DNA of 39,500 nucleotides from a virus (taxonomy: Duplodnaviria > Caudoviricetes). Under the pieces are notes generated by a model, which ran no database searches, had not been told where the DNA came from, and saw only the letters and a program-made list of their open reading frames with translations. Below, in pieces: positions 1-8,332 of the stretch. The translations under genes and the position numbers were made by a program. Where the stretch lies: the IMG/VR virus record IMGVR_UViG_3300037311_000303, positions 1 through 39,500 of that record, one strand, 5' to 3'. Numbering within the stretch: the first letter of the stretch is position 1; every line of letters starts with the position of its first letter.

Positions 1-2456
1 TTGTCCTGCAACTGTGCTTCGAGGTCGCCATCGTAGAAGCGAAGGAAGCTTTCCAAGTTGCCTTCTATGTGGACTCGATCGTCGCCGTCGAAGAACCGCA
101 GGTCGTGGACCAGCAAGCATTTGAGGAACGATACATATAGGTGCTCATTCAGCCGAGGCTCTCTTTTGATATTCAACAGCCCCTGAGCAGCCATAAAGAT
201 CGTCTGCCGGAACACGTCCAACTCGATCTCCCTGGGGATGTCCCTCGCGAGTCGCGCAGCCTTCTGGCGCCCGTCGGAAAAGACGATGGTCTTCCGACCA
301 CCATTTGGCGCTTGCGGCGTTTGAGGTCTGGTGATCGGCTGAGTCTCGACCTGCGCCCTGATGATATGAGCGAATGGGGCCTCCCCCTTCGTTGCTAGAT
401 CCATAGCCAACGGCGCTTCTGGCCTGGTTCGCTGGCCGCACGCGGGGCAGTCCCCCTTGAAGCTCAAGATCGACCGACCTCGCTCCCTAGTCATAACATC
501 GGGACGCAGTAATGCAAGGTAATGCCCCTTTCTGGCGCCAGCGGGGAGTTCCGGCACCAATTGCCCGGTCAATGTGTGTAGCCAGACCAGCGTCCCACCG
601 GCCATGTCGATCTCGGAATCTGGAACGACATAGAACTGCGACTCCACCAACTGAGTCTCCGTCCAGGTACCATTGGATGCTTGGTGCCACAGAAAATTGC
701 CATCGGCGCCTTGGATGTAGGCGCGGAGATAGCTTGCACCACAGGACCGGTGCGTCAGCAACTCGTACACGCGCGATCCGCATTCGCACCGAAGAGTCTC
801 GGAAGGATGCAAGGTTCCGAGCAGGCGTGTTTCGGAAGTGCCGTCACTCCGACACTCAACGTTCGTACACGCAAACAATCCTGGAACACCGCGGAAGAAG
901 AGATGCGATCGGACAGGGCAGAACGGCCGATTCTTCTGGTGATCCTTTGCAAATGCCATAAGGGCCAGCAGTGACTCGGCAGCCGGTAGGCGTTCTTCGG
1001 CAGCGGGAAAGGCTATTTCCGCACACTCCGTTAACGTCATCGGTTTGCTTGTGAGCCTCTCAGATACCAGAGAGGCCACGGGGAGCCGATTGAGAATGTC
1101 ATAGGCATATTGCTGCAAACTCTCACGCTCCGATTCAGGCAGATCAAGCGCAATTTCGAGCGCCTGAGCGAGAGTGGTGAGCCCATCTCGCGCTATCACT
1201 AGGTCTGAGGCTGTCCCTAGGATCGCCGAGAAGTCGAATGCCGCCAACTTTCGCTGCGTGATCAAGTCAGCGGGTTTCCCTCCCAGCCGTCGGTCAAGGT
1301 CCCCTGTAATGAGCTCGAAGCCGGAGGAATTTCCTCCCGTCAACTTCGCAGCGAACTTCTTTATCTCGGTCTGGGCGTCGTCCGACGTGCCGAGGCTTGC
1401 ACTTGTAAGGATGAAACGAATTCTGCTGCGCGGCACGCCCAAGCGCGACTCTAGCCTACGCAGAAGGTACGCCACCTCTGCTCCACCGGAGCCACGGTAC
1501 ATATGGGCTTCGTCAAGGACGATTGTCAATTGGTTCTCTTCATTGTCTGCAAGCCAATCCGCAGTCTGCTGAAAGATTGGGGCCTCCAGCGGGCGGAGCA
1601 TCATGTACTCGAGCATCGAGTAATTGGTAACTAGCAGATCAGGGGCGCGGTCTTGCATTTCATGACGCGTGATCAGCTCAGCATCGGATGTGCCCGTCTT
1701 TAGCTGAGAATCGATAAAGGCCTGCAGGTCTTTTGCGGGCCACTTTCCCTCGGCCTTTAGCAGACCCTCGTAGCTTTCCGTCATGTTGTCAAAGTAGAGC
1801 TTCCTGATCTCTCCTTCGACGCGATCCTTGTCCTTTCGCGAAGAACGTCGCCCCGGATAAGGAGAACGGCTTGTATACATCCCGAACGTCGCACAGCGTG
1901 TACTCTTCCCCCGCAGTTCAGCCTTTACTGCCGGGTTCCCGAATAGACGCCTTAGGCGTCCCAACTGGTCATTCACCAGCGCATTCATTGGGTAGAGTAG
2001 AATGGCGCGAACTCCGGGGAGCACCCAAGACTTCGGCCGTCTGTTCGACTCAATGGCCAAGCCGGACAGAATAGGCATGAGAAAGCTTTCGGTTTTGCCG
2101 GAGCCCGTTCCTGTTGCGACGATCAAATCCATGCCCGAAACAAAGTGTTCAACTGCTCTGTACTGATGGGAATAGGCGACCTTGGGAATCCCTGTGGAGC
2201 CTTGGGCAGCTGCACAGCGTAATATCGCGATCGCTTCTTCCGGGATACTTAGATCCGAGTAGGGCTTCCCCTCCGCATACTGCGGCGTTGCCTCGAGCCG
2301 TGGCTCCTGAAAAGTGTTGCCGATCTCACCGAAAATCCGATCCCGTTCGCTAATCAGCCATTCGTCCCAAATGTGGTACTGAGCACTTAGATATTGATGG
2401 AAGGTTTCCCGGAGTGCTCGGTGAACTGCGTGAACGGAATAGATCGATGCAGTCAT
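1..2456 (-). CDS. Large SF2 DEAD/DEAH-box helicase, N-terminal ~818 codons (runs off the left edge); Druantia DruE-like
   Basis: Absent from the ORF track, consistent with no stop inside the window. Manual translation of the 5' part from ATG 2456: MTASIYSVHAVHRALRETFHQYLSAQYHIWDEWLISERD...QEPRLEATPQY...YSHQ (Q motif)...IVATGTGSGKTESF (Walker A)...LLYPMNALVNDQ (Ia)...PDLLVTNYSMLEYMMLRP (Ib)...VLDEAHMYRG (DEAH)...ILTSASL (III). The ATG overlaps the upstream gene's stop (ATGA). Confidence 0.85.
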   Translation of the reverse strand, partial: MTASIYSVHAVHRALRETFHQYLSAQYHIWDEWLISERDRIFGEIGNTFQEPRLEATPQYAEGKPYSDLSIPEEAIAILRCAAAQGSTGIPKVAYSHQYRAVEHFVSGMDLIVATGTGSGKTESFLMPILSGLAIESNRRPKSWVLPGVRAILLYPMNALVNDQLGRLRRLFGNPAVKAELRGKSTRCATFGMYTSRSPYPGRRSSRKDKDRVEGEIRKLYFDNMTESYEGLLKAEGKWPAKDLQAFIDSQLKTGTSDAELITRHEMQDRAPDLLVTNYSMLEYMMLRPLEAPIFQQTADWLADNEENQLTIVLDEAHMYRGSGGAEVAYLLRRLESRLGVPRSRIRFILTSASLGTSDDAQTEIKKFAAKLTGGNSSGFELITGDLDRRLGGKPADLITQRKLAAFDFSAILGTASDLVIARDGLTTLAQALEIALDLPESERESLQQYAYDILNRLPVASLVSERLTSKPMTLTECAEIAFPAAEERLPAAESLLALMAFAKDHQKNRPFCPVRSHLFFRGVPGLFACTNVECRSDGTSETRLLGTLHPSETLRCECGSRVYELLTHRSCGASYLRAYIQGADGNFLWHQASNGTWTETQLVESQFYVVPDSEIDMAGGTLVWLHTLTGQLVPELPAGARKGHYLALLRPDVMTRERGRSILSFKGDCPACGQRTRPEAPLAMDLATKGEAPFAHIIRAQVETQPITRPQTPQAPNGGRKTIVFSDGRQKAARLARDIPREIELDVFRQTIFMAAQGLLNIKREPRLNEHLYVSFLKCLLVHDLRFFDGDDRVHIEGNLESFLRFYDGDLEAQLQD

Positions 2457-3511
2457 TTCAATATCTCCACGGCGCAACCGAGGGTAGCAAGTCGAGTGCC
2501 AAGTGCCGGTGCGAATTTGGAAGGGATGACGAACGTGGTTGACCGACCTGCGCGGATGACTTCCTTCGATAGGAGGAGGGCAAGGCGGAATTCTTCGATG
2601 GGCAAACGCTCGTACACGGTGATCCTGGTCCAATCAGAGCCAGGTCCAATTTCGACCTTGACTGGTGCTCCGATGTGACGAGCAATGGCAAACAACAGCC
2701 GAGAAATCGCCATGTCAATCGGCGCCTCGGTGGAGACACGCCCCCCGATCAGATCGGCAGAGAAATAGCGCGCGCGGCCGCGTGACAACTGTCTGCAGAC
2801 TGCAATTTGCTCGGCTGGCAAGGTAGGGATCAGCTTGTTCCCCCACTGGAGCTGGGGATCCCTCCCAGCACGACTCGACGCCAAACTTAGACACTCGACA
2901 TCCGGTAGATTTGCGGTTCTTGTTGCAGAACGCACGTGCTTCGCCGTGAAGTCTGCAACTATACTTGCAGAGTGGTGATTGGACGTACCCATCCAGCTTT
3001 CGAGACTCTGACGCGGGAACCGATCGGCAACTTCCTTAGTCAGAAGCCTGGAAATTCCGTGTCCTTGCACTTCACCAAGGAATCCGAACGCGGTGGGAAG
3101 GGCTCCAACGAACGCAAACTCACCTTCAATCTCAACGACCCTGAATGGTGTTGGGAGCCAATAGCCACCAAATAGTGGCTCTGCTTCGCGCAGAAGATCA
3201 AGGAGCCTCAGGCCAACCTTGTATTGGCTCGGAGCGCCAAGCTTCTTGAATGCCCGCTGGATCCGGGAAGCATGAACTGCTTCGAAGCGTCCTTCTTCTC
3301 TGTTTGAGAGGCTGTAAAGGGTTCCGCGGACGAACTCCAAAAGCGAGGCTCGATCCCCTTCTTCAGGGGCCTGCAACCACTCAAGTGGAACTGACTGGAA
3401 ATACCCGAGTCGTTCGTATATGGACATATTGGCTAGTGGCGCGCTGTCCGCAGACACCGTCAGTCTCCTTGGTTCCGGTATCGAGATTGCCCGCCAGCTT
3501 GGTGTATCCAA
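2453..3511 (-). CDS. Hypothetical protein translationally coupled to the helicase; Druantia DruD-like (alternative start ATG 3427)
   Basis: 352-aa ORF with a GGYWLPTPFRVV motif and an ATGA overlap with the helicase. Size and position directly before a DruE-like helicase match DruD of type I Druantia as I recall it; unverified. Confidence 0.6.
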   Translation of the reverse strand: MDTPSWRAISIPEPRRLTVSADSAPLANMSIYERLGYFQSVPLEWLQAPEEGDRASLLEFVRGTLYSLSNREEGRFEAVHASRIQRAFKKLGAPSQYKVGLRLLDLLREAEPLFGGYWLPTPFRVVEIEGEFAFVGALPTAFGFLGEVQGHGISRLLTKEVADRFPRQSLESWMGTSNHHSASIVADFTAKHVRSATRTANLPDVECLSLASSRAGRDPQLQWGNKLIPTLPAEQIAVCRQLSRGRARYFSADLIGGRVSTEAPIDMAISRLLFAIARHIGAPVKVEIGPGSDWTRITVYERLPIEEFRLALLLSKEVIRAGRSTTFVIPSKFAPALGTRLATLGCAVEILK

Positions 3512-3581
3512 AGGCTTCTTGAACTACCACCATGGCGACCTATGCGCAAAGTATGCACGCCATCGGACTGCGTGCAGGAAC

Positions 3582-3620
3582 AAAAAAGCCGGGGCCGAAA
3601 TTGAGCGCTCCACAGCTTTT
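3582..3620 (-). terminator. Imperfect hairpin plus T-tract after the 3621 ORF
   Basis: Minus strand AAAAGCTGTGGAGC...GCCCCGGCTTTTTT immediately after the TAG at 3621. Confidence 0.4.
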
Positions 3621-4035
3621 CTACTTAGCGGCCCCATCGTGCAGTACCCCTCTGGCAAGTTCCCAAGCCTCGATCATCTGGCCGAGGCGGCGGTTCAGGA
3701 GCTTGGGGTTGGGGTACGAATAGCCAGAATTGCCGTGGGCGTTGCTCTCAAAAAGCAACTCGGCAGACGGGAAGCCACCCGACGCCGAAAAGCGGCCGTC
3801 TAGACAAGCCCTCCGCCAATCCTCACTAGCCTTCATCCGTAAGGTTCCTGCCCAGACACTCGCGCTCGCAAAACGGCCAAACTTGCTGGACGTCCATCGA
3901 GGTTTGGCCGAATTGGCCAATCATGGCTGCATCGCGCATTCTCGATCGAGGGTCGAGTCGTAGATCTGGAGCCTGAGCACCTGAAATCCAAATGCTCTCT
4001 CGCGCCAAATCGTAGCGGGGCGCAACCCGCAGCAC
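3621..4035 (-). pseudogene. Possible degraded or frameshifted gene, or a small hypothetical protein
   Basis: Two overlapping minus-strand ORFs in different frames (3826-4035, 3621-3920). The 3' part reads protein-like (FPSAELLFESNAHGNSGYSYPNP) and is followed by a terminator-like hairpin. Confidence 0.3.
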
Positions 4036-4057
4036 AACTGCCGTCGGCGCTGTTGCC

Positions 4058-5137
4058 CTATTTCACGAGGCGCCGGCAGACATCGAGCGCCGCATCAAGG
4101 AAGGCGCCCGCGCTCGGCGCGACCTCGTCCAGCCTCGACTGCTCGGCCTGAAACACCTGTGAGGGTCGCAGCATCATTTCGACCATGTTCGTGACCTTTT
4201 GCGCCGTGTCCGGCTGACCGAATTCGACATGGGTGCCGCGCACAAGTCTGCTACTCAGTCGCAGAACGTTTGACAGCGCTTGGTCGAACGTCTGTCCGAG
4301 CATGACGCGTTGATTGGGGTTTTGATGCTGCAACCGCAGGTCGCATGTCTGCAGCAGATCAAGATCGCCGAGGCCCGTAAGGAAATTCTGGCGACTGCTG
4401 ATCGTGTTCAATTCCGCCATCGTCTTGGAGTACTCGTCTGCCCCCAGCGGCTCCTCACCCAACTGCTCCCGAGACTGCTGAATGATCCTTTGTTCGATCT
4501 GACAACAGAGCGCGCGGCGCACATACCACGGATCGAAATACGACAGGGATAGCGTTTTTGGCGCCGCTTCATCCGCCAGCGCCGAAGGGATAAGACGCAG
4601 GTTGCCGCGGCGAAGTTTCATCGCCCAGGATCGTGTATCCAGATCGCGAACCAACTGCGCCATCACGGCGGCATCGTCATGGATGGCCTGAATCAACTCG
4701 CTGAGTTCCTTCGGCGACTGATAGCCGATACCGTGTATTGGCAGATCGAGTTCACCGAAGTGATGAAACACGCTCTCCATCGCCACACGGGCGCCAACCG
4801 GATTGGTCAACTGGCGTCCGATGTGCTCATAAACGATGACCGGAGAAATGGCCAGCCGGCTCGTCCTCGGACTCCAGTGTTTCGCGAAGCGCGAGAACGC
4901 GAGATAGCCAAGCCGAAGGAGGTTTCGCTTCTCTTTGTCGCGATGTTTGAAGTCTTGAACGATATTGTTGTCAGGCACCAGGAAGATGTCGCCTTCCAGT
5001 TGCGTGGCGTAGACATACCCGTTGACCAGCCATTTCACCCGCGCGTACCAAGGCTGGAGTTCGTCTATGCCGTAGCCATCGAGCCTTCCTGCGAATTCCT
5101 CGACAAAGGCATCATGCCGATCTCCACGGTAGTCCAC
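4058..5137 (-). CDS. Hypothetical protein with a PIN-like nuclease signature
   Basis: 359 aa. Acidic residues fall in PIN order: FLVPDNNIV (D1), ISPVIVYEH (E), GLGDLDLL (D), GQTFDQAL (TxD). Confidence 0.6.
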   Translation of the reverse strand: MDYRGDRHDAFVEEFAGRLDGYGIDELQPWYARVKWLVNGYVYATQLEGDIFLVPDNNIVQDFKHRDKEKRNLLRLGYLAFSRFAKHWSPRTSRLAISPVIVYEHIGRQLTNPVGARVAMESVFHHFGELDLPIHGIGYQSPKELSELIQAIHDDAAVMAQLVRDLDTRSWAMKLRRGNLRLIPSALADEAAPKTLSLSYFDPWYVRRALCCQIEQRIIQQSREQLGEEPLGADEYSKTMAELNTISSRQNFLTGLGDLDLLQTCDLRLQHQNPNQRVMLGQTFDQALSNVLRLSSRLVRGTHVEFGQPDTAQKVTNMVEMMLRPSQVFQAEQSRLDEVAPSAGAFLDAALDVCRRLVK

Positions 5138-5188
5138 CTGACAGTCCTGTTTCGCGTCGCGATTTCCGTCCGCTATTGTATCGGACGC

Positions 5189-5641
5189 TCAGCGCAGCGG
5201 GCGTTCTGGCTGATCTCCTAGCGACTGGCGCTGCTTCTCCCACAGCGCCGGGGGGTTGATCGATAGCGCGTGCAGCCGGACACCATCCGGCAATTCCTCG
5301 ACGAGGATCGCCGCGACGATGTCCGGGGCGAGCAGGGTCAGATTGATGTGCCGGGCGACGTAGCTGTGGTCAGTCCCCTCGCGGCGGGCGATCTCGCTCA
5401 TTGAAGAGATCTCGCCCGCCTCCAGCATCCTGAGCCAGCGGTGCCCGCGGGCCAACGCCAGTTGGAGTGGCGTGGCGCCTGTTCGAGTCCGCTTTTCGGA
5501 CTCGAACCCAGAACCTTCGGGCACGACGACCCGCCGTCCGCTGCGCCGCCGGAGGGCGATCGGGATGTTCAGGGTCACGCCGCCGTCGCTGGCGACCACC
5601 TCGGCCGCCGGCCCGGACACCTTCAGCGTCGGCCCCTTCAT
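5189..5641 (-). CDS. HTH protein that habitually follows DUF2924-associated serine recombinases
   Basis: LALARGHRWLRMLEAGEISSMSEIARREGTDHSYVARHINLTLLAPDIVAAIL (HTH); ATGA overlap with the recombinase stop. Confidence 0.8.
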   Translation of the reverse strand: MKGPTLKVSGPAAEVVASDGGVTLNIPIALRRRSGRRVVVPEGSGFESEKRTRTGATPLQLALARGHRWLRMLEAGEISSMSEIARREGTDHSYVARHINLTLLAPDIVAAILVEELPDGVRLHALSINPPALWEKQRQSLGDQPERPLR

Positions 5642-6981
5642 GCCGCCACTCCAGCGACCGGGCGGGCGTCAGCGGCGAGAGTACCGATCCCGCTGGGTCG
5701 CAGCCGAACTTCCAGGTTCGTCGGCGAGACGATGACCCGGTCGACCAGCAGCCGGACCAGCCGTTGCTGTTCTGCCGGGAACAGCTCATCCCACACCCGC
5801 TCGACCTGCGTCATGGCAACCGTGACCTGTGCTTCGTCCAAGGTCGGGTCGAGGGCGATCGCTTGCGGGACCATCGCCTCGACCATCTCAGGCGCTCGCA
5901 ACACGCGGCGCAGGTGCGCAACGACCGCCCCTTCCAGCTCCCCGGCCGGCAGGCGGGGCAGGCCCGATGCGCCCGGCCCTTCGTGCGTGTCGCGCGTGCT
6001 GAGGTAGTAGCGGTAGGTGCGGCCGTTGGCCTTGGTCGTGTGCCACGGCGACAGAGCGCGGCCGTCCGGGCCGCTCAGTAGGCCCTTCAGCAGGAAGTCC
6101 ACCTTGCCATGCCGCGATGCGCCCGCCCGGACCTGGCCATTGACCTGCAGCAACGCGTGCACCTCATCCCACAGCGCCCGTTCGATGATGGGTGCGTGGG
6201 TGTTCTCGAAGTACTGGTCGCGGTGCTTCATTTCGCCGAGGTAGGTTCGGCAATGCAGAATCTTGTGAACAGAACTCTTGTCGTGGAGTTGGCCGGCCAG
6301 CGTCCGCCCGACCTTGGTCGTCCACGTCTTGTTGCACCAGCCGCGCGCGCGGATCTCCTGCACGACCTTGAGGATCGAACCCAGCTCGACGAAGCGGCGG
6401 AAGATCGTGCGGACCTGTTCAGCCTCGGCGTCGTTGATCGTCAGCCGTCGATCAACGACGTCGTAGCCCAGCGGCGGGATGCCGTGCATCCACAGCCCCT
6501 TCTTCTTGCTGGCCACGAACTTGTCGCGGATGCGCTCGGCCGTCAGTTCGCGCTCGAACTGCGCGAACGTCAGCAGGATGTTCAGCAGCATCCGACCCAT
6601 CGCGTCGGTGGTGTTGATGTTCTGCGTGACGGAAACGAAGGTGACGCCGTGCTTGTCGAAGACCTTGACCAACTCGGCAAAGTCGAACAGTGATCGGCTC
6701 AGGCGATCGATCTTGTAGGCGACCACGATATCGATCAGGCCGGCTTCGATGTCGGTGATCAACCGTTGCATCGCAGGACGTTCCAACGTGGCGCCTGAGA
6801 AGCCGGCGTCGTCGTAGTCGTGGGCGACGGGAATCCAGCCCTCGGCACGACGGCTGGCGATGCAGGCCGCGCCAGCATCGCGTTGCGCATCGATCGAGGT
6901 GTATTCCTGATCCATGCCTTCCTCCGTCGATTTGCGCGTGTAGACCGCGCAGCGGAGGCGCTTGGGAGCAACGGCACTCAT
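5638..6981 (-). CDS. Large serine recombinase (integrase)
   Basis: Likely start ATG 6981 (MSAVAPKRLRCAVYTRKST, catalytic Ser), YDDAGFSGATLERPA, YKIDRLSRS, FAQFERE, PPLGYD and a recombinase domain; ATGA-coupled on both sides. Confidence 0.95.
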   Translation of the reverse strand: MSAVAPKRLRCAVYTRKSTEEGMDQEYTSIDAQRDAGAACIASRRAEGWIPVAHDYDDAGFSGATLERPAMQRLITDIEAGLIDIVVAYKIDRLSRSLFDFAELVKVFDKHGVTFVSVTQNINTTDAMGRMLLNILLTFAQFERELTAERIRDKFVASKKKGLWMHGIPPLGYDVVDRRLTINDAEAEQVRTIFRRFVELGSILKVVQEIRARGWCNKTWTTKVGRTLAGQLHDKSSVHKILHCRTYLGEMKHRDQYFENTHAPIIERALWDEVHALLQVNGQVRAGASRHGKVDFLLKGLLSGPDGRALSPWHTTKANGRTYRYYLSTRDTHEGPGASGLPRLPAGELEGAVVAHLRRVLRAPEMVEAMVPQAIALDPTLDEAQVTVAMTQVERVWDELFPAEQQRLVRLLVDRVIVSPTNLEVRLRPSGIGTLAADARPVAGVAA

Positions 6982-7448
6982 CGACGGCCTCCCTTGCGCA
7001 AGCCGAAGAACAAAGGCCCCGACCATTGGGTACCGGTGATCTTTCGGGCAATCATCGAGAGGCTGCGGTAGCGGGTGCCTGCGTACTCGAACTCGCCATC
7101 GGCGAGCACTTGCACGCGATGTTCGACGCCTGCGTAGAGGCGCACGAGTTCGGTGCCGGCGACCGGTACCGCACCGACGCGATGTCGCGTCAACTTACCG
7201 GTCGCGACCAACTCGTCGATGCATCGGCGGTTGCGATCGAGGAGGGCGCGATTCGTTTTGGCGAACTCGATTTCCTGCCAGCGGTGCGCGATGCGCTTTT
7301 CGACGAAGCGCCGATTGGAGACGGGCGGGTCGACGCTGAACAGTCGATGCCACTCCTTTGCGAGGTCGCTCCACGACCAATCGGCCAGTCGAGCGATGCG
7401 TGTGGCCATCGATGCGGTCGTCGCCGCGGTTGAAGAATCTTGCGTCAT
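6978..7448 (-). CDS. DUF2924 domain protein
   Basis: GTELVRLYAGVEHRVQVLADGEFEYAGTRYRSLSMIARKITGTQWSGPLFFGL is the characteristic DUF2924 C-terminus, in its usual position before the recombinase. Confidence 0.9.
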   Translation of the reverse strand: MTQDSSTAATTASMATRIARLADWSWSDLAKEWHRLFSVDPPVSNRRFVEKRIAHRWQEIEFAKTNRALLDRNRRCIDELVATGKLTRHRVGAVPVAGTELVRLYAGVEHRVQVLADGEFEYAGTRYRSLSMIARKITGTQWSGPLFFGLRKGGRR

Positions 7449-7654
7449 GCCTGTGGACTCCGGTTGGTGGAGTCGGCATGGACGCGCTGTGTCGCGCCGA
7501 AGCCAAGGTCAACCGGAGAAAGCGCGCGCACGGCGCCGTCGTGCGCGCCACTGCCGCGCAGGCGGTGCAGGCCCAAGGCCAGAAGCGCGGCGGCCTCTGT
7601 GCGCCGCTGTGGCGCCGTCATGCGCGCCGGGTCGTGCAAGTTGGAAAGCGTCAA
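7445..7654 (-). CDS. Small hypothetical protein of the DUF2924-recombinase operon
   Basis: 69 aa, DPARMTAPQRRTEAAALLALGLHRLR; ATGA overlap with the DUF2924 gene. Confidence 0.6.
   Translation of the reverse strand: MTLSNLHDPARMTAPQRRTEAAALLALGLHRLRGSGAHDGAVRALSPVDLGFGATQRVHADSTNRSPQA
7477..7507 (-). promoter_or_regulatory. Copy 1 of the 31-bp motif (one mismatch), 29 bp upstream of the DUF2924 start
   Basis: + strand CATGGACGCGCT-GTGTCGCGCC-GAAGCCAAG versus consensus CATGAACGCGCT-N10-GAAGCCAAG. Confidence 0.7.
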
Positions 7655-7743
7655 GGGTGTTCCGCTGGAATATCAAACCTGCGGGAAGTGTCCCAATCCG
7701 ATCCTCTTGCTGTATCGCAACGTGACGTAGTGGCGTCACAAAG

Positions 7744-7772
7744 CAACAACCCCGCGCGAGGCGGGGTTGTTG
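7744..7772. terminator. Perfect 12-bp hairpin, probable intrinsic terminator after the Rhs-immunity operon
   Basis: CAACAACCCCGC-GCGAG-GCGGGGTTGTTG. Confidence 0.75.
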
Positions 7773-7834
7773 ATCGTTCCGCTTAGATCGCAGGAATCGG
7801 CGAGCAAGTAAAATCAGCCACGACTTGGCTCGGT

Positions 7835-8332
7835 TCAGTCCGTTTTGAATCCATCGAATTCGAGCCAATCGGTTTTCGTCGAAATCACGCCTCTGCTCGT
7901 TTCGATCTCGATCTGTATCTGGTACTTAGCGTACCCCCCGCGCCTTTCTGGAAGCACGCAGTCATTAAAAGCGAAAAAAAGGCTTTGCGACTTGAACCAC
8001 GGACTCATGTAAGAGTGATCCTTAGTGACCCGCACGATTCTTCTATCTTTCGGCCACCTACTTCCAGAGATCCGATCCGCCGGATGGCGGGGCAGATTTT
8101 CCTTGTGGCATCCGACGACCTCTCCGCGCGAATTCATCACTAACACGCTTGCGAAAGCGGCGGGGAATCCGGGGCTTGGCGACTCCGTTTGGTATGCATC
8201 GAATTTAATTTTTCGATTTGTTTGCACGACAACCCGAAATTCATCTTTCGACTCATCCACTTCGATCGTCACTGACTCCCGTGGAGCAGCGGTCAGCGAC
8301 GCGAGCAAGATCGGTATCAGTAACATTTTCAT
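7835..8332 (-). CDS. Putative immunity protein of the Rhs toxin, with an N-terminal signal peptide
   Basis: Likely start ATG 8332 (MKMLLIPILLASLTAAP) overlaps the toxin stop (ATGA). Visibly lower GC than the RHS core; 165 aa. Confidence 0.75.
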   Translation of the reverse strand: MKMLLIPILLASLTAAPRESVTIEVDESKDEFRVVVQTNRKIKFDAYQTESPSPGFPAAFASVLVMNSRGEVVGCHKENLPRHPADRISGSRWPKDRRIVRVTKDHSYMSPWFKSQSLFFAFNDCVLPERRGGYAKYQIQIEIETSRGVISTKTDWLEFDGFKTD

